A stretch of DNA of 64,000 nt from Longimicrobiales bacterium (GTDB lineage: Bacteria > Gemmatimonadota > Gemmatimonadetes > Longimicrobiales > Gaopeijiaceae): positions 3,808,001 through 3,872,000 of the forward strand of contig OZ220732.1 in the NCBI GenBank assembly GCA_965116905.1. Reading direction: 5' to 3'. The notes below the pieces were generated by a model. The model worked only from the letters and a program-made list of their open reading frames with translations, ran no database searches and was not told the origin of the DNA. Positions 55,692-64,000 of this stretch are shown here, one piece after another; the stretch's first letter is position 1; every line of letters begins with the position of its first letter. Made by a program: the position numbers and the translations under genes.

Positions 55692-57980
55692 TCAGAACGC
55701 CTTCATGTACGTCAGCTTTACCACGCCGGTCCGCCGCTGCCAGCGCTCCGTCCTGGGGTCCAGCAGGTCCCCTGTCAGGTACCCCGTGTCGAACACCACG
55801 AAGAGGTCGCTGCCGGGCGTGTGGATCCAGTTGATCCGGACGTTGGCCTGGACCTGGTTCGAGACGTCGTCGTACTGGACCAGGGCGTTGGCAAAGAGCG
55901 ATCGGCTGACCGCGGCCAGGACGGTCAGGCTGAAGAGGCTGGTGGTGAAATCGCCGTCCTCGACGGGGAGGCTGATGTCGTTGCGCGTGTAGTCGCCGCT
56001 GAGCGTGAGGTAGGGCCCCGTCTTCCACATGCCGCCGACCGCCACCTCGGTCCCCGTGCCTCCCCAGAATCCGCCCCTGGAAAAGCCTCCGCGGGCCGAG
56101 AACTCGCGGCTGTCGTTGGTGTTGAACCGGATCTGGGCTCCGCTGAACACGTAATCGCCGGGAGCCAGCTCGCGTCCCTGAATCCGCACCGGCTGGTGGA
56201 GAACCTCTCCCCGGCGGGTGATGTTGAGCATCATGCGGTCGCCGCTGTCGAAGGTCAGCATGTTGTGCGACAGGAGGAAGGTGCTCTGCTTCTCCCCGTC
56301 CATCCCGGCGATGTGGTCGCCGCTCACGACCGTGATCAGCTGGCGCGCCCAGTCGCTCTGCTCGAAACGGGGGAACACGGCGACGGAACCCGAACGCGTG
56401 CGGATGTCGCGGCGGCGCACGAAGCCCAGCGCGGGGTTGAATCCGCCGGGCACCTGCGCGAAGCTGCCTCCCGCCGAGAGCAGATCGTTGCGCAGGTCGA
56501 CTTCGATCGTCCCGGCCGTGGCGCCGCCCGCCGAGGTGCCGCCGCCCGCCGAGGTGGCGCCGCCCGCCGAGTTGCCGCCGCTCCCGGACGACATGCTGGC
56601 GCTCTCCGTCGACATGCTGCCGCTCTCCGTCGACCGGGCCATCCATCCCCTCACGGTGGACCCGCCGAACCGGATCTGCATGTCGCCCCCGACGACTCTG
56701 CTGGCGCCGTCGTCCGTGTCCAGCGACGTGAAGATGCCGCCGACGGTCGTCCGCGGGAACGGGTCGGCGCGCAGCCGCAGCACCGAGTTGAGGCCGCCGG
56801 CGATGAGCTGGCCCCGGGCGTCCCGGGCGTCGTCGGTAAAGAGGCTGAGCGCGCCCACCGAAATCGGGCCGGCCTGACCCGTCAGCCGCGTGCCTCCCGC
56901 AATGTCGTTCGTGATCCCGATTCGGCGGCTGAAGAACACCTGCGTCTCCTCCGGGTCGCCGAAGTCGAAGAGCCCGGCCCGCTCCAGGAAGAACTCCCGC
57001 TTCTCGGGGAAGAAGAGGCCGAAGCGCGTCAGGTTGATCTGGACGTTGTCGGCCTCCACCTGGGCGAAGTCCGGGTTGAGGGTCGCATCCAGCGTCAGAT
57101 TCGAGGTGATCGAGTACTTGAAGTCCAGCCCGAGGTCGTTCAGCGTCTCGGTGCCGCCATCCGCCTCGCCCTGCCGTCCCGTCACCGAGCGGCCCGTGAT
57201 CGCGAACGGCTTCACCTCCATGTAGCGGCCGCGGCGCAGCCCCTCCAGTCCGGTCAGCGTGGCGTACTGCGACACCTGGCTGAGCGCGCGGCTGAACTCC
57301 TGGCCGATGTGCGGGAAGTACACCATCTCGTTCTTTCGCCGGATGGTGCGCTCCATGAGGATCCCCATCTCGAGCGCGTCCGCGTCGTCGAAGCGGATCG
57401 TCGTGAACGGGACGGCGGCCTCGACCACCCAGCCCTCGTCCGTAATCCGCGCCTGACTCTCGTAGACCCCCTCCCACCACCAGTCCGAGAGCGTCATGGA
57501 CTCGTCGGTGATCAGCGCGTCGCCCTGGGTCCCGAACGGGTTGATCTCGAAGATGTAGGCGTTGCGCCGGTCGTGGTACGTGTCCAGGCCGATGCGGATG
57601 TTGTCGTCCTGATCGATCCGTCCCTCACGGTGCAGGATGCTGCGCCGGATCCCGGACGGGTCCGAGTCGTGGAGCACGACGGCGAAGTAGAGGTTGTTGT
57701 CGTCGAACGCGACCCTCAGTTCGGTGCGCTCCGACGACGGGGCGCCGTCGACGGGGACGCGCTGGCGGAAGTCGGTGACGGGCTCGATTTCGAGCCAGAA
57801 CGGCTCGTCGAGTATCCCGTCGATGGTCGGCGGCTCGCTGGCGCGTACGGCCCGGACCGTCGGGTCGTCGAGCACCGCGGCCTCGGCCGACTGGCCGGAA
57901 GCAGCGCTCTGCCCGTGGACGAGGCCGTGGAGCAGGGCGGCGCCAAGGGCCGCCAGACACACCGGGCGGACTACGCGCAC
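55692..57980 (-). CDS. CBM9-like / DUF5916 outer-membrane protein (second paralog)
   Basis: PTIDGILDEPFW, AYIFEINPFGTQ.D, NPDFAQVEAD..QINLTRF.LFFPEKREFFLE, FFSRRIG; ends KLTYMKAF. Confidence 0.88.
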   Translation of the reverse strand: MRVVRPVCLAALGAALLHGLVHGQSAASGQSAEAAVLDDPTVRAVRASEPPTIDGILDEPFWLEIEPVTDFRQRVPVDGAPSSERTELRVAFDDNNLYFAVVLHDSDPSGIRRSILHREGRIDQDDNIRIGLDTYHDRRNAYIFEINPFGTQGDALITDESMTLSDWWWEGVYESQARITDEGWVVEAAVPFTTIRFDDADALEMGILMERTIRRKNEMVYFPHIGQEFSRALSQVSQYATLTGLEGLRRGRYMEVKPFAITGRSVTGRQGEADGGTETLNDLGLDFKYSITSNLTLDATLNPDFAQVEADNVQINLTRFGLFFPEKREFFLERAGLFDFGDPEETQVFFSRRIGITNDIAGGTRLTGQAGPISVGALSLFTDDARDARGQLIAGGLNSVLRLRADPFPRTTVGGIFTSLDTDDGASRVVGGDMQIRFGGSTVRGWMARSTESGSMSTESASMSSGSGGNSAGGATSAGGGTSAGGATAGTIEVDLRNDLLSAGGSFAQVPGGFNPALGFVRRRDIRTRSGSVAVFPRFEQSDWARQLITVVSGDHIAGMDGEKQSTFLLSHNMLTFDSGDRMMLNITRRGEVLHQPVRIQGRELAPGDYVFSGAQIRFNTNDSREFSARGGFSRGGFWGGTGTEVAVGGMWKTGPYLTLSGDYTRNDISLPVEDGDFTTSLFSLTVLAAVSRSLFANALVQYDDVSNQVQANVRINWIHTPGSDLFVVFDTGYLTGDLLDPRTERWQRRTGVVKLTYMKAF
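56520..56635. repeat. In-frame minisatellites (18-bp and 21-bp units) in the DUF5916 gene
   Basis: Encodes STESGSM-STESASM-SSGSGG and NSAGGA-TSAGGG-TSAGGA. Confidence 0.8.
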
Positions 57981-58016
57981 ACGCCGGGCACGGTGGCAGA
58001 GCCGTCCCGCACCGGC

Positions 58017-58349
58017 TTATTCCTCATCCGCCTCGATTTCACATGTGTCCTGGTCGCAGCACGGCTCGGCCGACTTCCGCACCTGACAGCGACAGCCGCC
58101 GCACGTGCAGCCACACGGCGCGCTGGCGCGGTCGCCGGAGTCATCCTCGGGGCAACCCCAGGAACTCCCACCGGTGCCGCAAGACCAGATCCAGCAGCAG
58201 GACTTCGAACAGGACTTGCCGGACCCTTTCCGACGCAGCCAGCAGATGAGAAGGATCACCAGCAGGATTTGCGGGAGGCCGATCCGGATGGCCGAACTCC
58301 AGAACTCTCCGAGAGAGGTCAGGTAGAAGCTGAAGAAGTCTCCCAACAT
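58017..58349 (-). CDS. Small Cys-rich protein with N-terminal TM segment
   Basis: GGAGG RBS plus ATG; 110 aa; hydrophobic segment, then RRK, then CC/CxCxC clusters (14 Cys in total) and an acidic tail. Confidence 0.7.
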   Translation of the reverse strand: MLGDFFSFYLTSLGEFWSSAIRIGLPQILLVILLICWLRRKGSGKSCSKSCCWIWSCGTGGSSWGCPEDDSGDRASAPCGCTCGGCRCQVRKSAEPCCDQDTCEIEADEE

Positions 58350-58436
58350 GGCGTCCTCCGTGTAATGTCTTGCTCCGTCCATGAAATGTACTGTCCCGCG
58401 GCCCTCATTGTTTCGCGCGCGCCGGGTCGGGCGAAT

Positions 58437-59876
58437 TCACTCCTCGCCGTCCGCCCGGTTTCTCACCAGGGCAATCCTCGCACCGTCGGGGCTCACCGCG
58501 ATGCGCGAAATGTCGCCCGAGCCCGCGCCCAGGTCCGCGATTTCCCGCCATCCGGTGTCCTCGGACCACGCAAACAGCACGGCCCCGTCGCCCATCAGGA
58601 TGTCGCCGGCGGGGGTCCACGCATGGTCCTCGCGAGCCGGCAGCGTCCGCACGATGCGCTCGCTGTGGCCCGACGCGGGATCCAGGCGCTCGATCCACCA
58701 TTCCTCGTCGTCGACCTTGCGGACGAAGGAGATCTCGCCCGATCCGGGAATCCGGTGGATCGAACGGCCCGGGTTCTCGGCCACGACACGGATCTCGCCG
58801 GAGAGCGCGTCGCCGACCTGGAGCGTCGGCGGACTGCCGAGGATGAACATCGCCACGGTCCGCTCGTCCGCCCACGCGTGGTATCCGACCGGCTCGGCCG
58901 TGGCGAAGATCGGCCCCAGCTCGGACCCGTCGGCGCCGTACCGCCACAGGTACTGGAAGCCGTTCCTCTCGTGGATGGCCGAAAACGCATCCTGTGCGGG
59001 AATGGGCGTGGGCGAAAACTCGCTGGCGTCGGGCGTATGCGTGACCCGTTCCGTCGTGCCGTCCTCCGCCCGGTGGCGGAAGGTGTCCGTCTGCGTCGAA
59101 TCCATCGCGGCCGTGTAGTACAGGGCGTCTCCGGCGGGGTCGAAGGCCGGCTGATTGTCGTAGCCGTCGCGGTCGGTGGCGTTCGCGAGACCGCTGACGA
59201 CGAGGTTGCCGTGCTCGTCCCGGTCGAGCCGGCCCAGCCAGATGTCGGTGGACGGGGCCCCGGCCGCAGTGGGCACATGGTCGGGCGGAGCGGGACCGAT
59301 CGGCGGGAACGTGCCGTCGGCGGGCGTCGCCGCGAAGGGATCTCCGGTGTCGTGTGCAGGGTCCGGGGCCGCGTCGCCCGTGCACCCGAGCGCGAACGCG
59401 AGCATGAGCAGCAGTGCCGGGCCGGCCGTGGGCGTGGCCCCCACCGCGTCGGAGTCGTCGTCGGGTTGAGGGGCCAGCGCAGCCGCGAGGGCGTCCTCCG
59501 CCAACCCCCACTCCTCCAACGCCTGCCGTGACGATGCGTCGCCGGCACGCGCCACGCCCAGGAGGAGGTGGCTGCTGGTGGTCGCGCCCCCACCCGATTC
59601 GGACGCCGCGGTGACCGCAGCGGCGAGCACTTCGTGGGCGTCCGGTGTGAAGGGGAGGTGTCCGTGATAGGTCTCGGGCAGGTCGCGCATGTCCTCCGGG
59701 AGGGCTTCGAGTTCCAGTCCCAGCGGATCGAGAAGCTCCAACAGTCCGGGGGCGCGCTGAGACACGACCCCCGCCAGGATGTTGTGCGGCGAAATCGCTT
59801 CCGCCCCATCCCGGGCGGCCGCAGCGGAAGCGCGGTTCAGCGCGTGGACGGCGTCATCGGCTAGGTTAATGCTCAT
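58437..59876 (-). CDS. Clp N-terminal-like domain fused to a TolB/PD40-like beta-propeller
   Basis: Two Clp_N-like repeats (ALNRASAAA...ISPHNILAGV; LPFTPDAHEVL..A...TSSHLLLGV), then a hydrophobic ALLLMLAFALGC, then TDIWL...GYDNQPAF...SEFSPTP...VGYHAW. Confidence 0.7.
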   Translation of the reverse strand: MSINLADDAVHALNRASAAAARDGAEAISPHNILAGVVSQRAPGLLELLDPLGLELEALPEDMRDLPETYHGHLPFTPDAHEVLAAAVTAASESGGGATTSSHLLLGVARAGDASSRQALEEWGLAEDALAAALAPQPDDDSDAVGATPTAGPALLLMLAFALGCTGDAAPDPAHDTGDPFAATPADGTFPPIGPAPPDHVPTAAGAPSTDIWLGRLDRDEHGNLVVSGLANATDRDGYDNQPAFDPAGDALYYTAAMDSTQTDTFRHRAEDGTTERVTHTPDASEFSPTPIPAQDAFSAIHERNGFQYLWRYGADGSELGPIFATAEPVGYHAWADERTVAMFILGSPPTLQVGDALSGEIRVVAENPGRSIHRIPGSGEISFVRKVDDEEWWIERLDPASGHSERIVRTLPAREDHAWTPAGDILMGDGAVLFAWSEDTGWREIADLGAGSGDISRIAVSPDGARIALVRNRADGEE

Positions 59877-59928
59877 GGTGAAGCAATCTGTACGCGGTTC
59901 GGACCATCGTTCAAGGCCCCGGCGCCGG

Positions 59929-60348
59929 ATGCCGTTGCGGCTGACCCGCTGCGCGGCGCAGTTCGCATGCCTGCTCGCCCCCGCGCTCTTCGCGTGCGTC
60001 CCGACGCCCACGCGCAATCTCGAGGAGCTGATCATCCGGGACAGCACCTATCTCGATCCGGCCTCGATGCTGCCCTATTCGGGCCGGGTCGTCCGCCACT
60101 TTCCGGGGGAAGACAGCCTCCTGCAGCTGGAGGCCAGTCTCCGCGACGGCACCTGGGAGGGCGAGTTGACGGTGTATCACGAGAGCGGCCGCGTGCGGTA
60201 CCAGGGCGAGATGTCCGGTGGCGCGCAGTGCGGCGGCTGGATCGAGAACGAGAATCCGGCGGAGCCCGAGACCGTCTACCAGGCGATCACCGAGGACCTG
60301 GAGTCGCTGGTCATCTATCCGGAGTGCCCGCGCGCAGCCAGGCGATGA
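59929..60348 (+). CDS. Hypothetical lipoprotein with MORN-variant-like repeats
   Basis: Lipobox LFAC; PYSGRVVRHF...LRDGTWEGELTVYHESG. Confidence 0.6.
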   Translation: MPLRLTRCAAQFACLLAPALFACVPTPTRNLEELIIRDSTYLDPASMLPYSGRVVRHFPGEDSLLQLEASLRDGTWEGELTVYHESGRVRYQGEMSGGAQCGGWIENENPAEPETVYQAITEDLESLVIYPECPRAARR

Positions 60349-61219
60349 GGCGCCCCCCGATCCTGTCCGGGTCGAACGCCGGCACGTGGGCGCCCTGCTC
60401 GATGGTCCACAATTCGACGGTGACCCCTGCAGCGCATCCCGCACGGTAGCGGAGCGGCTGCGTTTCCGGGCCCGACAGCGTGAAGTCGAGGTCGATCGGT
60501 TCCAGCATTTCCGCGGCGGCGAGATCGCACCCGGCGCGGGCAGCCCACCGGCGGACGGTCTCCTCGGCGCCCGGGTAGTGGGTGTCGCCCGTGTTGCTGC
60601 TGCCGCCGCCGTACTGGATCACGACGTCACCAGTGCCGTGAATGTGAAGCACCGAGACGGGCGCGGCCCCTGCACACCGCTCCGGATCGTCGAACGTGGT
60701 GCCGGCGACCGCTACGATTCCGCGCAGCCCCGGCATCGATTCGCAGGCCATGCGGTAGGACATGAAGGCGCCGTTGGAGAGCCCGACGAGATAGACTCCG
60801 TCCGCGACGACGTGCTCGCCCGCCTCGACCACGAGCTCGTTCAGGTACGCGACGTCGTCCACGCCGGTGCCCCAGAAGTCGCAGCAGTAGTCCGTCGCGT
60901 TCCAGAAGTTGGCGCCCTCGGGGTTGCGGGTGCCGTTGGGCAGGATCAGCGCAAACCCGTCCTGCGTGACGCGTTGCGACAGTCCGAAATACCGATTGGT
61001 GTTGGCGGAATTGCTGGTGTAGCCGTGGAGCGCGATCACGACGGGAAGAGGAGTGCCGGCCGTGTAGTCCAGGGGACGGACGAGGGTCGCCGGACGATCG
61101 CCGCCGATGATGAAAACGGACGGGGCGGCCGGCGTCTCGCTCGAGGAGTCGGTGGACGAGGCGTCGCATGCGGCCGCGCCCAGCGCGAGGAATGCCAGTA
61201 GCCGGGCTGGTCGAGTCAG
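60311..61219 (-). CDS. PHB-depolymerase / LpqC-like alpha/beta esterase lipoprotein (probable CTG start)
   Basis: VIALHG, WNA..CC, DDVAYL, GLSNGAFM nucleophile elbow, LHIHGTGD; the frame is open upstream to a CTG at 61219 that adds a signal peptide with lipobox AAAC. Confidence 0.8.
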   Translation of the reverse strand: MTRPARLLAFLALGAAACDASSTDSSSETPAAPSVFIIGGDRPATLVRPLDYTAGTPLPVVIALHGYTSNSANTNRYFGLSQRVTQDGFALILPNGTRNPEGANFWNATDYCCDFWGTGVDDVAYLNELVVEAGEHVVADGVYLVGLSNGAFMSYRMACESMPGLRGIVAVAGTTFDDPERCAGAAPVSVLHIHGTGDVVIQYGGGSSNTGDTHYPGAEETVRRWAARAGCDLAAAEMLEPIDLDFTLSGPETQPLRYRAGCAAGVTVELWTIEQGAHVPAFDPDRIGGRLIAWLRAGTPDR

Positions 61220-64000
61220 AAGTCCCCTCCGTCCCCGTTGTAGGACACGCGCGCCTGCTCGCGGGTCACGAAGCCGTCGACCACGTCTTCCTCGACTTTC
61301 TGCGGGTCGCGCCGGCGCGGATCTCCCAACCCCCCGCCTCCAGGCGTCTCCAGAACGATCCGGTGGCCGGGCGGCACCACCTCGCGACCCTTGACCCGCA
61401 TCTCGCCGGCACCGGGAACGTAGACCCTGCCTCGGGATCCCTCGCCACCCCCTTCCCTGCCCCGCGCTGCGTTGCGGACGCGTTCGAACATCTTGGACAC
61501 GGCAAAGGGTGCGCCCTCGGCGTGCGAGATCTCCATGACCTGGCCCAGGCCTCCGCGATACTCGCCCGCACCGCCGGAGTCGGGAATGTACTCCTTACGC
61601 CAGAAAATGAGGGGCGATACGGTCTCGGTGATCTCGATCGGCGTACTGCGCACGCCCGACGGGAACGAGGTCGCGGAGAGCCCGTCCTTCCCCGGCCGCG
61701 CGCCGGTGCCGCCCGTGTGGAACGGGTTGACGACGAAGGGTTCCGCGTCGCCGTACGGATGGGATCCCGTGAGCCCCGGCCCTCCCATGAGCACCGGATT
61801 CCACAGGCACGAAGCCCCTTCGGCCGGCACGGATCCCGGGGGCATCGCCTGGGCCAGGCACCCGAGCACCACATCGGGGAGCATCTGGCCGATCGAATGG
61901 CGCGCGGACACGGCAGCCGGAGGCGGCGCGTTGAGGAGGGAGCCCGACGGAGCGGTGACCTCGATCGTGTCCAGCGAGCCCGCGTTGTTGGGGACTTCGG
62001 AGCCCACCACGCAGCGCACGCCGAACGACGCGTATGCGCGGGTGTACGTCTCGGGGACGTTGATCCCCCAGGGCGACATGGGCGAGGTGCCGTCGAAGTC
62101 GATGCGGATGCCGTCCGGAGTCACCGTGAGCGCACACACCAGCTCCAGGTCGTGGTCGTAGCCGTCGATCGTCATGCGGTGCCTGTACGTGCCGGGCCGC
62201 AATGCGCGAATCCGCTCCACCATGGCGCGGCGGGACGCGACCACGATCATTTCGGCCAGTTCGTCCAGCGAGTCCAGGCCGAACTCGGTCATCATCGCGA
62301 TCAGGCGGTCGCAACCGGTGCGATTGCACGCCGCCAGCGAGTACAGGTCGCCCTGCGCCACGTCCGGTTCGCGCACGTTGGCCCGCACCATGCGCATCAG
62401 CGTGCCGTCCACCTCGCCGGCGCGGATGAGGTAGCCGATCGGGATCCGGAGTCCCTCCTCGTACACCTGGTTGGCGTCGGCGCCGAAGCCGCGCCCGCCG
62501 ACGTCCGCGATGTGGCTGGTGGCCGCGAAGAGCGCCACCGGACGGCCCTTGAGGAAGGCCGGGGTGACGACGGTGAAGTCGTTGAGGTGGCCCGTGCCCT
62601 CCCACGGATCGTTGGTCACGAGCACGTCACCCTCTTCCAGGGTCTCCACGGGGTGGTCGCGCAGGAAGAAGCCGACCGAGGCCGCCATGGCGTTGACGTG
62701 TCCCGGCGTGCCGGTCACCGCCTGCGCCAGCATGCGTCCCGAGAGGTCAAAGACGCCCGCGGAGAGGTCGCCCGCCTCGCGCACCGGCGTCGAGAAGGCC
62801 GTGCGCACGAGCGTCCGGGCCTGTTCCTCGACCACCGAGAGCAGGCGGCTCCACATGATCTGGTCCTGCAGCGCCGAGATCCCCGCGGAGGCGACTTCCC
62901 GGCCGCGGCGTTCCGCCAGCAGATGGCCACCGGGCAGCACCCGCGCCTCCCATCCGTCCGGGATCACCGTGGTGGTCTGGGTTTCGGCGATGAGCGCGGG
63001 GCCCCGGACGCGGGTGCCCACAGCAAGGGTGCGGCGCTGGTGAACCGCGGCGCTCGAGACTCCGTCGCCGGTGCCGTCGAAGAGTTCGGCGCGTGCCACG
63101 GGACTGGGGGTCGGCGAGGCCTGCACCGGGTCGGGGACCGCCGAGGCCGCCAAGGTCTGCGCCGGGTCCGGCGCCGGCGTCGCGGCTGCCACCGGCGGGC
63201 GCACCGGGGCCGAGACCACCAGCGTCCAACTGAGCACCTCCACGTCCAGTCCCGGAATCGTGCGGCCATACACGGCGTGGTAGGCGCGATCGAACGCGGC
63301 GCGCAGGGCAGCCGCCGGATCGCCGCCGGCCCGGCCATTCGCCCCGTGTGGCGAAGCGCCCCCGGCGGTCCCCGCCATCACCTCCGGCGGCAGCTCCACT
63401 CCGATCTCGTGTCCCTGTCCCACGTACCGCATGTAGGCGTGGGCCCGTTCCGTAGTGGCAATGCCCGGGGCGCCTTCCGCGACCACGGCCACCGCCTCCT
63501 CTCTCATGCCGGCGAGTACATCGCCCACGAGGTCCGCATCGAACCCGGACAGTCGCATGTACCGGCTGCGAACCACCTCGTACGCGATCGGCGCCAGGAG
63601 GAACCCCACCGCCGAGCCCACGCCCGCGTCGCCCGGCACGATAAAGCGGTCCAGTTCCAGCTTGTCGGCCAGCCGCGCGGCGTGAATCGGCGCGGACCCA
63701 CCGAACGCCACGATGGTGCGGCCCGCAAGCCCCTTGCCCCACTCGATCGCGTGGGTTCGGGCGGCGTTGGACATGTTCTCGTCCACCATCTCGCTCACCC
63801 CCAGCGCGGCCAGGCGGGCGTCGAGCCCCAGCTCCGCACCCACGCGGCCGCGGATCGCCGCCTCGGCCCTGCCCCGGTCCAGCGCGATCGCGCCATCGGC
63901 GAACAGCTCCGGCTCGATCCGCCCCAGCACCACGTCCGCATCGGTCACGGTGGGCTGGTCCCCCCCCCGCCCATACGCCGCCGGACCCGGCTCCGACCCC
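61216..64000 (-). CDS. Hydantoinase/5-oxoprolinase A+B fusion (N-terminus outside the window)
   Basis: GPAAYGRGG.QPTVTDAD, AFGGSAPIHA, MRYVGQGHE, then AFSTPVREAGD, NDPW.GTGHLND, HIADVGG, YEEGLRIP, ETPGGGGLG. Confidence 0.92.
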   Translation of the reverse strand, partial: GSEPGPAAYGRGGDQPTVTDADVVLGRIEPELFADGAIALDRGRAEAAIRGRVGAELGLDARLAALGVSEMVDENMSNAARTHAIEWGKGLAGRTIVAFGGSAPIHAARLADKLELDRFIVPGDAGVGSAVGFLLAPIAYEVVRSRYMRLSGFDADLVGDVLAGMREEAVAVVAEGAPGIATTERAHAYMRYVGQGHEIGVELPPEVMAGTAGGASPHGANGRAGGDPAAALRAAFDRAYHAVYGRTIPGLDVEVLSWTLVVSAPVRPPVAAATPAPDPAQTLAASAVPDPVQASPTPSPVARAELFDGTGDGVSSAAVHQRRTLAVGTRVRGPALIAETQTTTVIPDGWEARVLPGGHLLAERRGREVASAGISALQDQIMWSRLLSVVEEQARTLVRTAFSTPVREAGDLSAGVFDLSGRMLAQAVTGTPGHVNAMAASVGFFLRDHPVETLEEGDVLVTNDPWEGTGHLNDFTVVTPAFLKGRPVALFAATSHIADVGGRGFGADANQVYEEGLRIPIGYLIRAGEVDGTLMRMVRANVREPDVAQGDLYSLAACNRTGCDRLIAMMTEFGLDSLDELAEMIVVASRRAMVERIRALRPGTYRHRMTIDGYDHDLELVCALTVTPDGIRIDFDGTSPMSPWGINVPETYTRAYASFGVRCVVGSEVPNNAGSLDTIEVTAPSGSLLNAPPPAAVSARHSIGQMLPDVVLGCLAQAMPPGSVPAEGASCLWNPVLMGGPGLTGSHPYGDAEPFVVNPFHTGGTGARPGKDGLSATSFPSGVRSTPIEITETVSPLIFWRKEYIPDSGGAGEYRGGLGQVMEISHAEGAPFAVSKMFERVRNAARGREGGGEGSRGRVYVPGAGEMRVKGREVVPPGHRIVLETPGGGGLGDPRRRDPQKVEEDVVDGFVTREQARVSYNGDGGDF

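Noticed and set aside
51876..55700. Direct repeats bounding the RecQ/DprA segment (gaagggg(g)ag and tcagaacg on both sides)
   Set aside because: The matches are only 8-9 bp with different spacing, which is too weak to call target-site duplications.
55446..59531. 1361-aa + strand ORF
   Set aside because: Antisense to several well-supported minus-strand genes, with a non-protein-like composition.

Overview
High-GC, gene-dense bacterial chromosome window with about 45 CDS, one tRNA-Ala(TGC) and a degenerate duplicate of it. The gene content is rich in lipoproteins and secreted proteins and suggests a diderm such as Gemmatimonadota (inference only). I saw no CRISPR array, integrase, transposase or rRNA. 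The most notable region is 40.25-51.88 kb, a putative beta-1,3-glucan (laminarin-type) utilisation locus with no SusC/SusD genes. It has two convergent operons, each starting at an identical TTGACA-N18-CACTTT promoter overlapped by the same 25-bp palindromic operator. It encodes a ROK repressor, a lipoprotein with tandem CBM-like repeats, GH16, GH3, and a GH-A TIM barrel fused to a probable outer-membrane beta-barrel. It also encodes a GPH/MFS sugar permease whose TM3-TM4 loop carries a circularly permuted copy of the lipoprotein's CBM-like repeat. Other points of interest: a shared Fur-like box upstream of feoAB and an HhH-lipoprotein/PepSY operon; a cluster of Zn-independent ribosomal proteins with folE2 and a coupled MazG-like gene; a serine protease followed by a stand-alone copy of its own prodomain; an RqlHI-like RecQ-PRTase/DprA pair of atypical composition; a Clp-N/beta-propeller fusion; and a membrane-anchored Cys-rich small protein. 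All family calls come from motif recognition by eye, not from database searches, and some start codons are uncertain.
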